From the NCBI GenBank assembly GCA_044866005.1, contig JBIOTN010000027.1:1-21118 (forward strand): a stretch of 21,118 nt of DNA. The letters are read 5' to 3'. Source of the DNA: Candidatus Rokuibacteriota bacterium (GTDB lineage: Bacteria; Methylomirabilota; Methylomirabilia; Rokubacteriales; DASRDR01). The notes below the pieces were generated by a model. The model was not told where the DNA came from and made no database searches. It saw nothing but the letters and a program-made list of their open reading frames with translations. The position numbers and the translations under genes are program-made. This document shows positions 1 to 8,051 of the stretch, piece by piece; within the stretch, counting starts at the first letter, position 1, and the number at the start of each line of letters is the position of its first letter.

Positions 1-154
1 GCTCCCAGAGGGTTCCGCCCGGCGGCTCGACCTTGACGACGTCGGCGCCGAGGTCGGCGAGGAACTGGACCCCCGACGGCCCCAGCAGGAACTGCGTGAA
101 GCTCAGCACGCGGACGCCGTCGAGGACTGCGAGGGGCTCGCTGCCGTGGCTCAC
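1..154 (-). CDS. CaiB/BaiF family CoA-transferase (family III), N-terminal part; runs off the window
   Basis: Manual translation from GTG at 154: [51 protein letters not shown], the typical L.GvrVl.....GP.....[12 protein letters not shown].p.G N-terminus. Not in the ORF track. Confidence 0.9.
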   Translation of the reverse strand, partial: MSHGSEPLAVLDGVRVLSFTQFLLGPSGVQFLADLGADVVKVEPPGGTLWE

Positions 155-189
155 GTCGCTCGGATGCTAGGGGAGAGCCGAAAGCGACG

Positions 190-954
190 TCAAGGGGCGG
201 CCGGGCGGCGGACGCCGTCCAGGAAGCCCTGCATGGCCCGCCGCGGCTCGTCGGTCGCATAGGCGGCGGCGAAGCTCTCCATGGAGAACGCCATGGCCGC
301 GTCGAGGTCGAGCTGGCGCCAGCGGTGGAGCAGTGCCTTCTGGATCGCGAGCGCCCGCGGCGGCAGGGCGAGGAGGCGCGCCACCCAGGCCTCCACCTCG
401 CCGTCGAGCGCGGCCTCGTCCACCGCCCGGTTGACGAGCCCCCAGCGCGCGGCCTCCGTCGCGGCGATGGGCTCGCCGGTGAGCGCGAGCTCCGCCGCGC
501 GTCCCCAGCCCACCAGTCCCGGCAAGAGCGCCGCCTGGATCACCGCCGGAATGCCCACCTGGATCTCCGGCAGCCCGAGCCGGCACGAGGCCGCGGCGAG
601 CCGGACGTCGCAGGCCAGGGCGAGCTCGAGCGCGCCGCCGAGGACGTGGCCGTGCAGGCGCGCCACGACCGGCGCGGGCAGCACCCGCACGCTCTCGAGG
701 GTCGCGTGGAGGGCGCCGATGAAGGCGCGGGCGGCCGGCGCGTCGAGATCCTTCATGGCGCGGACGTCGACCCCGGCCGAGAAGGCGCGCCCGCTGCCCG
801 CGACCACGGCGACCCGAACGGCCGGGTCGCGGGCGAGGGCGCGAAACGCGGCGCCGAGCTCGGCGATCAGGGCCGGGGTCAGCAGGTTCAGCGGCGGCCG
901 GGCGAGCGTCACGCGAGCGACGCCGCCGCTGCGCTCCACCGTGAGGTCAGGCAC
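190..954 (-). CDS. Enoyl-CoA hydratase/isomerase (crotonase) family protein
   Basis: Motifs AFSAGVDV, GGALELALACDVRLA, LGLPEIQVGI, ELALTGEPI.A.EA..WGLVN. Confidence 0.93.
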   Translation of the reverse strand: MPDLTVERSGGVARVTLARPPLNLLTPALIAELGAAFRALARDPAVRVAVVAGSGRAFSAGVDVRAMKDLDAPAARAFIGALHATLESVRVLPAPVVARLHGHVLGGALELALACDVRLAAASCRLGLPEIQVGIPAVIQAALLPGLVGWGRAAELALTGEPIAATEAARWGLVNRAVDEAALDGEVEAWVARLLALPPRALAIQKALLHRWRQLDLDAAMAFSMESFAAAYATDEPRRAMQGFLDGVRRPAAP

Positions 955-960
955 CGCGGC

Positions 961-1284
961 TCAGTAGCGACGCAGGGTCGGCTCGACCTGGTGGGTCCAG
1001 GCGTCGATCCCGCCCCGGAGGTTCACGGCGGGGATGTCCTGGGCCCGGAGCCACTGGACGACGGCCGCCGAGCGGATCCCGTGGTGACAGTAGACCACCA
1101 CCTCGGCCCCGGCCGGTAGCTCGTCCACGCGGAGCTCGAGCTCCTCCATCGGGACGAGTCGGGCGCCGGGCAGCGCGCAGATGGCGTGCTCCCACGGCTC
1201 GCGGACGTCGAGGACGAGGGGCCTCTCCCCGGCCTCCAAGCGCGCCTTCAGTTCCTCCGGCGTGATCTCGGCGTACGGCGTCAT
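961..1284 (-). CDS. Single-domain rhodanese/sulfurtransferase
   Basis: From ATG 1284: MTPYAEITPEELKARL...VLDVREPWE...VVVYCHHGIRS...NLRGGIDAW. Start chosen 7 nt after the upstream stop codon. Confidence 0.92.
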   Translation of the reverse strand: MTPYAEITPEELKARLEAGERPLVLDVREPWEHAICALPGARLVPMEELELRVDELPAGAEVVVYCHHGIRSAAVVQWLRAQDIPAVNLRGGIDAWTHQVEPTLRRY

Positions 1285-1291
1285 CGCGCGG

Positions 1292-2344
1292 CTAGAGGCC
1301 CCGCGGCAGGGGCACGCCGAAGCGCGCCGCCACCTGCCGGAGGTTCTGACGCGTGCCATCGGGCAACGGGATCCCGTCGCGGGCGCGCGCCTCGGCCGTG
1401 CGCTCCTCGGGCTCACCGGGTGCCTGCACGGCCTCGACGCCGTCGGCGCGCGGCAAGCGCTTGAGCCCCTCGACCAGCCGATCGACCTCGGCACGGTATG
1501 CGTCGAGGTCGGTGAAGGCCGCGATGTCGATCGCCGCCACGACGCTGTTCTGCCGATGGCGGGTCGCGCCCTCGGCGCCGGCGTGCGCCGGGGCGAGGAG
1601 CGGGTTGCCGGCCATGAGGCTCGTCAGCGTCTCGAACATCAGCGCGAGCCCCGAGCCCTTCGGCCCGCCCATGGGCAAGAGGGTCGTCGCCCGCCGCGCG
1701 TCGGTGGTCGGCCGGCCCTCGCGGTCGAGCGCCCACCCCTCGGGGATCGGGACGCCCCGGTCGACCGCGAGGCGCAGCTTGCCGCCCGCCGCCACGCTCG
1801 TGGCCATGTCCAGCACGAGCACGCGGCGGCGCGCGCCGGGCACGGCGATCGCGATGGGGCTGTTGTGGACGCCCGCCGCGCGGGCGCCGTGGGGCGCCAT
1901 GTTCGGCGGGCTACAGACGATGGCGAGCCCCGCGAGGCCCGCCTCCGCGGCCATGAGCGCGTAGTAGGCCATGGCCCCCTGGTGCGTGGTGTTGCGGATG
2001 AGGACCCAGCCGAGGCCCGCCTGGCGCGCCTTCGCGATCGCGCGCCGCATCGCCGCCGTCGTCACCACCGGCCCGAAGGCGCGGTCCGCGTCCAGCAGGG
2101 CGGTCGCGACGGTCTCCTTCAGCACCTGGATCTTGGGGCGCGGGTTCATGTCCCCGCGGTCCACGAGCTCCACGTACCACGGGATCCGGAGCACGCCGTG
2201 CGAATCCACGCCCCGCAGGTTGGCCCAGACGAGAACCTCGGCCTCGACCTCCGCGTCTTCGGGCGGCAGCCCGACGCGGACGAAGACGTCCCGGGTGAAC
2301 TCCCTGAGCGCTGCCGCGCTCACGCGCCCGTCGTCGCCGGCCAT
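1292..2344 (-). CDS. Ldh_2 family (malate/L-lactate/ureidoglycolate/sulfolactate-type) NAD(P)-dependent oxidoreductase
   Basis: ANLRGVDSHGV, HQGAMAYYA, LDMATSVAAGGK, GGPKGSGLA, PGEPE motifs. ATG 2344 is preceded by the SD GGAGAGGAG. Confidence 0.92.
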   Translation of the reverse strand: MAGDDGRVSAAALREFTRDVFVRVGLPPEDAEVEAEVLVWANLRGVDSHGVLRIPWYVELVDRGDMNPRPKIQVLKETVATALLDADRAFGPVVTTAAMRRAIAKARQAGLGWVLIRNTTHQGAMAYYALMAAEAGLAGLAIVCSPPNMAPHGARAAGVHNSPIAIAVPGARRRVLVLDMATSVAAGGKLRLAVDRGVPIPEGWALDREGRPTTDARRATTLLPMGGPKGSGLALMFETLTSLMAGNPLLAPAHAGAEGATRHRQNSVVAAIDIAAFTDLDAYRAEVDRLVEGLKRLPRADGVEAVQAPGEPEERTAEARARDGIPLPDGTRQNLRQVAARFGVPLPRGL

Positions 2345-2604
2345 CGATCGCTCCTCTCCTCCGGCCCTGACTCGTCGGGATCGGGGCGGCGGCCGCAGCC
2401 GCGCGCCGACGGCGACCGCCGGGCCGAGCATAGCACTCTGCGCCGCTGCCGGTCACCGCGCTGGACAACCCCCGGCTCCCGCCTTACCCTGATGCCGCGG
2501 GCGCGCTCGCCGCCCGCGATGTCACGGCCGTTTCACGAGCCGCCGTTCACGAGCCGGCCAGGAGGGCCGACACGGCCACACGACGCGCGAAGGCCGCTGC
2601 CAGG

Positions 2605-3366
2605 GTGGGGACCCCGGGCCGCGCAGCGCGGCCGACGCGGCGCCGGCCGGAGCCCCCCGTCCCCCGGCGGGTGCTGAGCATCCACGCCCACCCCGACGAC
2701 CAGGAGTTCACGGTGGGCGGGACGCTCGCGAAGTGGGCGCGCGCGGGGAGCAGCGTCGTCACGATCTGCGTCACGGGCGGCGGCGCCGGGTCCAACCGCT
2801 ACACGCCGCGCGACATGACGCGTGAGGCGCTGGTGCCCGTCCGGCAAGAGGAGCAGCGCCGGGCTTGCCGCGTGCTGGGCGTGTCGGGGGTGGTCTTCCT
2901 GGAGTACGAGGACGGGATGCTGGAGCCCTCGATCGCGCTCCGGCGCGACCTCACCCGCCTCGTCCGGCGCTACCGTCCCGACGCGGTGGTCTGTGGCGAT
3001 CCCACGGTGCGCTTCTACGGACAGAGCTACCTGAATCACCCGGACCACCGCGTGGCGGCCGACGTCGCGCTGGATGCCGTGTTCCCCTCGGCGGAGACGC
3101 GCCTGATCTTCCCGGAGCTCCTCGAGGAGGGGCTGGAGCCGCACCACGTCGGAAGCGTGTTCGTGCACGGCGCCCAGCGCCCCGACACGTTCATCGACAT
3201 CGCGGACGTGCTCGCCCTCAAGATCGCCGCGCTCCGAGAGCACCGGAGCCAGATGGGCGAGTGGGACCCGACCGCGATGATCACCGACTGGGCCCGTCAG
3301 CAGGGCGCCCCGCGGCGCCTGGCGGCCGCGGAAGCCTTCCGGCGGATGGTGCTCGAGAGCCCCTGA
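2605..3366 (+). CDS. PIG-L/LmbE family deacetylase
   Basis: HAHPDDQEF, NHPDHR and K..AL.EHRSQ motifs. Exact start codon uncertain. Confidence 0.9.
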   Translation: MGTPGRAARPTRRRPEPPVPRRVLSIHAHPDDQEFTVGGTLAKWARAGSSVVTICVTGGGAGSNRYTPRDMTREALVPVRQEEQRRACRVLGVSGVVFLEYEDGMLEPSIALRRDLTRLVRRYRPDAVVCGDPTVRFYGQSYLNHPDHRVAADVALDAVFPSAETRLIFPELLEEGLEPHHVGSVFVHGAQRPDTFIDIADVLALKIAALREHRSQMGEWDPTAMITDWARQQGAPRRLAAAEAFRRMVLESP

Positions 3367-3388
3367 GGCGGCTGGAAAGGAGACGGCG

Positions 3389-3826
3389 GTGGCGACGGAC
3401 CGGACGTTCGACGCCAGGAACGCGGCGGCGCGTGAGCGGTTGAGGCGGCTCCTGGCAGGCCTGAGCGATGCCGATCTGGAGCGCTCGGTGGGTCACGGCT
3501 GGACCGTGGCGGCGACGCTCGTGCACCTCGCGTTCTGGGATCTGCGGGCCGTCCGGCTCATCGACCGGTTCGAGCAGGCGGGGGTCAGGCCGTCCCCGAT
3601 CGACATCGACGTGGTCAACGACACGGTCCGGAGACTGGCCCAGGCGATCCCGCCGCGCGCCGCGGCCCGGCTCGCACTCGAAGCGGCCGAAGAGGTGGAC
3701 CGCCGGGTCGCCGCGTTCCCCGACCGCCTCGTGGAAGCCCTGGAAGCCGCCGGGAATCCGTTCAACCTGTCGCGCCACGTCCACCGCGACGAGCACCTCG
3801 GCGAGATCGAGCAGGCGCTCCGCTGA
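3389..3826 (+). CDS. DinB / mycothiol-dependent maleylpyruvate isomerase N-terminal-like protein
   Basis: GWTVAATLVHLAFWD and C-terminal H..EH..EIE His pattern. SD AAAGGAG precedes the GTG. Confidence 0.8.
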   Translation: MATDRTFDARNAAARERLRRLLAGLSDADLERSVGHGWTVAATLVHLAFWDLRAVRLIDRFEQAGVRPSPIDIDVVNDTVRRLAQAIPPRAAARLALEAAEEVDRRVAAFPDRLVEALEAAGNPFNLSRHVHRDEHLGEIEQALR

Positions 3827-3830
3827 GGCG

Positions 3831-5393
3831 TCAGCCCCCCGCGGCGGGAGGCACGCGGGCGAGCTCGGCGCGGAGCCGGTCCTTCTGCACCTTCGCCGTC
3901 GCGGTCTTGGGGAGCGCGTCGGCCAGGACCACCCGCGACGGCACCTTGAAGCGGGCGAGCCGCGCGGCGCACCAGGCCTGGAGCTCGGCCTCGCCAGGCG
4001 TCCGCCCCGGCCGCGGCACGACCACGGCCACGACGTCGTCCTCCGAGAGCGCGGAGGGGACGCCGATCACCGCCGACTCGAGGACGCCCGGGTGGGCGTC
4101 GAGGACGGCCTCCACCTCGCTCGAGGCGATGTTCTCGCCCCGCCGCCGGATCACGTCCCTTCGCCGGTCCACGAAGTAAAAGTACCCGTCCGCGTCCCGA
4201 TACCCGCAGTCGCCCGTCCAGAGCCAGCCATCGCGGAGCGCGGCGCGCGTCGCGGCCGGGTCCGCGTGGTAGCCCGGCGTCACGACGGGGTTCCGGATCA
4301 CGATCTCGCCGACCTCGCCCGGCCCGCAGTCGCGCCCGTCCGGCGCGACGACGCGCACCTCGTTCGCGATCCCGCGGGCCGGCAGGTCGCGCGGGAGCCC
4401 GATGCTACCCGGCTTGCGCGCCCCGCGGAGCGGGAGGATCGTGCCGAACGTGCACTCCGACAGCCCGTACCCCTCGAGGAGCGTGACGCCGAAGCGGCGC
4501 TCGAACGGCTCGAAGAGCTCGCGCGGGACCGGCGCGCCGTAGACCAGGCGCAGCCGGTGCGCGCGGTCGTCGGCGGCGGGCGGCGCCTTCCAGAGCAGGG
4601 CGAGCATCGAGCCGATCACGTTCGCCTGGGTGGCCCCGAAGCGCCGGGCGTCGGCCCAGAAGCGGGACGCGCTGAAGCGCTCGAGCAGGACCAGGGTCGC
4701 CTCGGCCGCGATCGCGCCCATCGTGGAGTAGGCCTGCGCGTTGACGTGGAAGAGCGGAAGCGGCGTCAGCAGCCGGTCGTCCGGCTGGAGGTCGAGCCAG
4801 GTCCGGAAGCCCTCGCCGGTGAGCACGTAGTTCCGGTGAGGCTGCATCACGCCCTTGGGCCGGCCGGTGGTCCCGGACGTGTAGATGAAGGTCGCGATCG
4901 AGTCGGGCGCGGCTCGCCCCGCGAGCGGCAGCGGGCTCTCGTCGCAGAGCTCCGCGAAGGCGATCCCGCGATCCCGGTCGCCCGCGCCGACGACGACGAG
5001 CTCGGACAGCGTCGAGCTCCGTCGATAGACCTCGCGGGCGACCTCGAAGCCGTCCGCGCCGGTCACGAGGCACCGCGCCCCGGCGTGCTCGACGGGATAG
5101 CGGGCCTCGTCGACGCGGAAGCCCGTGTTGATCGGCACGAGCGTCGCCCCGAGCGTGTTGACGCCGAGCCACGTCCAGAGGAACTCGGGACGGTTTCCCA
5201 GGTAGCAGGCGACGCGATCGCCCGCGGCGATGCCGAGCCGGGCGAAGCCGGCCGCCGCACGCCCGATCTGCCCGACGGCCTCCGCGTACGAGACCTCGGC
5301 GTCGCCGAAGACGAGGAAGGGGTGGTCGGGGCGGCGCGCGGCGACGGCGCTGAACGCGTCGGGAATCGTCAGTGGTCGCTCGGCGGGAGCCAC
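3831..5393 (-). CDS. ATP-dependent acyl-CoA ligase (CaiC-like AMP-binding enzyme)
   Basis: IYTSGTTGRPKGV, EGYGLSEC, TGD, RRRGENIASSEVE, LPKTATAKVQK. Confidence 0.93.
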   Translation of the reverse strand: MAPAERPLTIPDAFSAVAARRPDHPFLVFGDAEVSYAEAVGQIGRAAAGFARLGIAAGDRVACYLGNRPEFLWTWLGVNTLGATLVPINTGFRVDEARYPVEHAGARCLVTGADGFEVAREVYRRSSTLSELVVVGAGDRDRGIAFAELCDESPLPLAGRAAPDSIATFIYTSGTTGRPKGVMQPHRNYVLTGEGFRTWLDLQPDDRLLTPLPLFHVNAQAYSTMGAIAAEATLVLLERFSASRFWADARRFGATQANVIGSMLALLWKAPPAADDRAHRLRLVYGAPVPRELFEPFERRFGVTLLEGYGLSECTFGTILPLRGARKPGSIGLPRDLPARGIANEVRVVAPDGRDCGPGEVGEIVIRNPVVTPGYHADPAATRAALRDGWLWTGDCGYRDADGYFYFVDRRRDVIRRRGENIASSEVEAVLDAHPGVLESAVIGVPSALSEDDVVAVVVPRPGRTPGEAELQAWCAARLARFKVPSRVVLADALPKTATAKVQKDRLRAELARVPPAAGG

Positions 5394-5457
5394 CGCCCCC
5401 CCCGGGGCATGCAGGGACGCGACGGGAGCCGGATCGGGGGCGGACCCCCTGGTCGGA

Positions 5458-6468
5458 TTACTCGAGCGCTTCGCCGTCGAGCAGGCGCGTGAGCGGCCCG
5501 CGGAACGGGAAGACGCCGAAGCCTCCGCCCGTGTGGACGAAGAGGACGCGACGGCCGAGCCGGCCCGGGTGCCGGCGCGCCGCGTCCGAAAGCGCGAGAA
5601 ACGCCTTCGCCGTGTATACCGGCTCGAGGAGGAGGCCGCCGGCGCGCGCGGCGTGGGCGACGGCGGCGAGCTCCTCCGGCCGCGTCTGGGCGCGACCGTG
5701 GCCCTGGTAGCCGTCCAGGAGGCGGATCTCCTCCCGCTCCACGCTCGCCTCCAGCCCGAAGCGGGAGGCGGCCTTGCGCACGGTCGTCCACACGTAGTCG
5801 CGGATCGCGTCCGCCTCGAAGGCGACCGGGACGCCCCAGATGTCGGCGCGCAGCCCGAACAGCGCCTTGCCGAGGTGCAAGCCTGCCAGGCTGCCGCCGC
5901 TCCACGCCGCGATCACGATGGCGTCCGGGGCCGGCGCACCGGCCGCGATCTGGGCGGCGAGCTCCTCGACGAAGGCGGCGTAGCCGAGGATGCCCAGCTC
6001 GTTCGAGCCGGACTCCGGGATCAGGTATGGCCGCCCGCCGCCCCGGCGCACCCGGTCGGCGAGCCGCGCGAAGAGCGCGTCCGGCTGGTCCACCTCCTCG
6101 GCCGGCGCGAAGACCGGCTCTGCGCCGAACAGCCGCGAGAGGAGGAGGTTCCCGTCGGCGACCGCCGGCGCCTCGCCGCGCAGGCCCAGCACGCAGCGGA
6201 GGCCGAGCCGGGCGGCCACCGCGGCGGTGGCGCGGCAGCAGTTCGACTGGAGCGCGCCGACGGTGACCAGGGTGTCGGCACCCTGGTCGAGCGCCTCACG
6301 GACCAGGAACTCGAGCTTGCGGGCCTTGTTGCCGCTTTCCGCGAACCCGGTGAGGTCGTCGCGCTTGACGTGGAGATCGAGTCCGAGCGACTCGCCGAGG
6401 CGTGGCAGCGCTTCGACCGGCGTGGGGCCATAGGCCAGGCGAATGCGAGGCGGGAGCTGCGACGTCAT
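5458..6468 (-). CDS. D-cysteine desulfhydrase family PLP enzyme
   Basis: KRDDLTGF..SGNKARKLEF, QSNCCR. EPVYTAKA and HTGG carry Thr where true ACC deaminases have Glu/Leu (PVYEGK, HLGG). ATG at 6468. Confidence 0.88.
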   Translation of the reverse strand: MTSQLPPRIRLAYGPTPVEALPRLGESLGLDLHVKRDDLTGFAESGNKARKLEFLVREALDQGADTLVTVGALQSNCCRATAAVAARLGLRCVLGLRGEAPAVADGNLLLSRLFGAEPVFAPAEEVDQPDALFARLADRVRRGGGRPYLIPESGSNELGILGYAAFVEELAAQIAAGAPAPDAIVIAAWSGGSLAGLHLGKALFGLRADIWGVPVAFEADAIRDYVWTTVRKAASRFGLEASVEREEIRLLDGYQGHGRAQTRPEELAAVAHAARAGGLLLEPVYTAKAFLALSDAARRHPGRLGRRVLFVHTGGGFGVFPFRGPLTRLLDGEALE

Positions 6469-6600
6469 CCCGCCCCGACTATAGCACTCGCGGTTGAGTA
6501 GTCCACGGGATTGCCCTTGACTCCCGATCCGTTCGCCGCCACGGCCGGGACGGCCCCGGCCGCCGATCGAGCAGAACGGCCGAGGGTCCACCGGGCGGGC

Positions 6601-6630
6601 CGTCGGAGGGGGCTACGCCCTCCTCCGGCG
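6601..6630. repeat. REP-like GC hairpin (CGTCGGAGGGGGC-TAC-GCCCTCCTCCGGCG)
   Basis: Imperfect inverted repeat. A related TCGGAG.GGGCC...GGCCCCCCCCGA hairpin lies at about 9461-9489. Confidence 0.55.
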
Positions 6631-6635
6631 GATCA

Positions 6636-6829
6636 GCGCGGACCGAGACGCGAGCCGATCAAGAAGGACGCAGGGCCGAGGCCCGCCGAGGCGTTTGCCG
6701 GCCCCCCCACCCAGCCCTTTGAGGAGGCGGGACGAGGCCCCCAGAGGCCGGGACGGCCGCGAGGCCGTAGGCCGAGCGCGTCTCGGCCGTGATGCAGGAC
6801 ACAGAGATGCGACGGGCATCGGCCCGCGC
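6636..6829. repeat. Structured intergenic dispersed repeat, copy A (REP/MITE-like)
   Basis: 6744-6826 aligns without gaps to 19132-19214 at 72/83 nt. Terminal imperfect inverted repeat GCGCGGACCGA (6636-6646) / TCGGCCCGCGC (6819-6829). Confidence 0.8.
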
Positions 6830-6830
6830 A

Positions 6831-7190
6831 TCAACGGCAGACCGGCTCCCAGTGACCCGGCACCCAGCCCACCCCGTTCCAGTACGTGTTCACCCAGTAG
6901 CTCGAGCAGACCGGAGGGGGCGGGGCGACGTAGACGGGCGCCGGGGCGACGTAGACGGGCGCCGGGGCGACGTACACCGGTGCCGGGGCCACGTAGACGG
7001 GCGCCGGCGCGACGACGACCGGGGCGTCATACCGCGGCACGAAGGCGCTGCCGAGGATGGCGCCTGTCACGGCGCCGACGGCGAAGCCCCCGATGAAGTG
7101 CCCGCGGCGGTGGGCGAACGCCGGGGTGGGAGTGGTGAGGAGTCCCAGGACGAGGCCGAGCACCACGAGCCCGGCGATGACGCGTTTCAC
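6831..7190 (-). CDS. Small secreted Pro/Val/Tyr-rich protein with APAPVYV repeats and a C-terminal YWxGxxWVPGHW motif
   Basis: Signal peptide MKRVIAGLVVLGLVLGLLTTPTPAFA, glycine-zipper-like GGFAVGAVTGAILG, SD GGAGG upstream of the GTG. Confidence 0.85.
   Translation of the reverse strand: MKRVIAGLVVLGLVLGLLTTPTPAFAHRRGHFIGGFAVGAVTGAILGSAFVPRYDAPVVVAPAPVYVAPAPVYVAPAPVYVAPAPVYVAPPPPVCSSYWVNTYWNGVGWVPGHWEPVCR
6922..7005 (-). repeat. Intragenic 21-nt tandem repeat x4 (plus a degenerate fifth to about 7026) encoding APAPVYV
   Basis: Plus-strand unit GGGGCGACGTAGACGGGCGCC at 6922, 6943, 6964, 6985 with synonymous variation. Confidence 0.9.
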
Positions 7191-7425
7191 GCTGCTGCCT
7201 CCCCTCCGATCCCGTCGTGGTCCGATCGGGTCCGGTCATCCCCTTCGACGCCGCCCCGTATGGCCGTATTCGGGACGTCCGGGGAGTTGCCTAGGGGGCT
7301 CCCCGGCCCTGGGACCCTGGAAGAGTCCGCCGCCGGGTCGGCATCCGTTTTGCTCGCGCCTGGGCATCCGTCCCGGACGGGGACGATCGGGTTCGCGTCC
7401 GTCAGGGATGGCAAGGGGGACAGCT

Positions 7426-7791
7426 ATGCGACGCGCTCAAGGTCTCGTTCTCATCATCCTCCTTCTCGCGACCGCGGTCCTGGGCGGCTGTCATGGCGGG
7501 ACGTCCTCGTCGGGCGTCTTCGAGGTCGTCTTCACCGACGAGCGCCTCGTGACGGCGAGCAGCTGCGCGGTCAGGGGCAACGCGACGAACACCGGGAACC
7601 TGCGGGCCCGGGTCGAGCTGAGCTACGAGGCGAAGAACGCGAGCGGGGACGTCATCGGCACCGCCAGCGCCTCGTTCGAAGTCAGCCCCTTCTCGAACCT
7701 CGAGTTCACGACCGATGCCTTCAGCAACGGCCTCGCCTGCGCCGGCATTTCGAGCTTCCGGCGGAGCCGCACCGACGTGACGAAGGCCTGA
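7426..7791 (+). CDS. Hypothetical lipoprotein (FxLYD-like beta-sandwich)
   Basis: ATG 7426 after AAGGGGGA. Signal peptide II ending in LGG-C. G.A.NTG....VELSYEAKNASGDVIG resembles FxLYD domains (inference). Confidence 0.75.
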   Translation: MRRAQGLVLIILLLATAVLGGCHGGTSSSGVFEVVFTDERLVTASSCAVRGNATNTGNLRARVELSYEAKNASGDVIGTASASFEVSPFSNLEFTTDAFSNGLACAGISSFRRSRTDVTKA

Positions 7792-7818
7792 CGGCGGGCG
7801 CGCGCTGCGGCGGGGCCC

Positions 7819-8049
7819 TCAGGGGCCGAGGGCCTGGATACGCCGGACGATCTCGTCGGTGTCGAGGAGCGCGCCCTCGCGCGACTTGGAGAAGATCAGC
7901 CGGCCGTCCACGTAGACGTCGAGGACGCCGAACCCGCCCAGCCGGATGCGCGGGCGCACGCCGAGCTCACTCTCGATCGTCTTGGCCAGGCGCCCGGCCT
8001 GGCTCCGAATGTCCCGTCAGACGAGTCAGCGCTTGATGTCGATCGTCAT
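7819..8049 (-). CDS. Rdx (SelW/SelT/SelH-like) family selenoprotein with two in-frame TGA (UxxU motif), 76 aa
   Basis: MTIDIKR-U-LV-U-RDIRSQAGRLAKTIESELGVRPRIRLGGFGVLDVYVDGRLIFSKSREGALLDTDEIVRRIQALGP*. TGA at 8028-8026 and 8019-8017 fall on the Rdx CxxU positions. G..G..dVyvdG.liFSK is the Rdx signature. Starts 2 nt after the ACT gene stop. Confidence 0.82.
7985..8003 (-). promoter_or_regulatory. Candidate bacterial SECIS hairpin
   Basis: mRNA GCCAGGC-CGGGC-GCCUGGC, a perfect 7-bp stem with G at loop position 2. The loop begins 20 nt after the second UGA and 29 nt after the first. Confidence 0.6.
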
Positions 8050-8051
8050 CG

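Noticed and set aside
3468..5492. 674-aa plus-strand ORF and similar long Arg/Gly/Pro-rich ORFs (1181..2677, 5230..6501, 11553..13205, 17863..19398)
   Set aside because: They overlap well-supported genes on the opposite strand and have low-complexity GC-driven composition.
5458..6468. ACC deaminase (acdS) call
   Set aside because: The diagnostic Glu and Leu are replaced by Thr (PVYTAK, HTGG), which fits the D-cysteine desulfhydrase type.
6922..7026. Tandem repeats as a possible CRISPR array
   Set aside because: The units are contiguous with no spacers, are in frame in a coding gene, and have no cas genes nearby.
7819..8049. Reading the Rdx-like ORF as a pseudogene with two nonsense mutations
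   Set aside because: Both stops are TGA and both hit the two redox columns. The rest of the frame is intact, a hairpin follows, and the start is coupled to the upstream gene. Random decay is unlikely to give this pattern, though it is not formally excluded.
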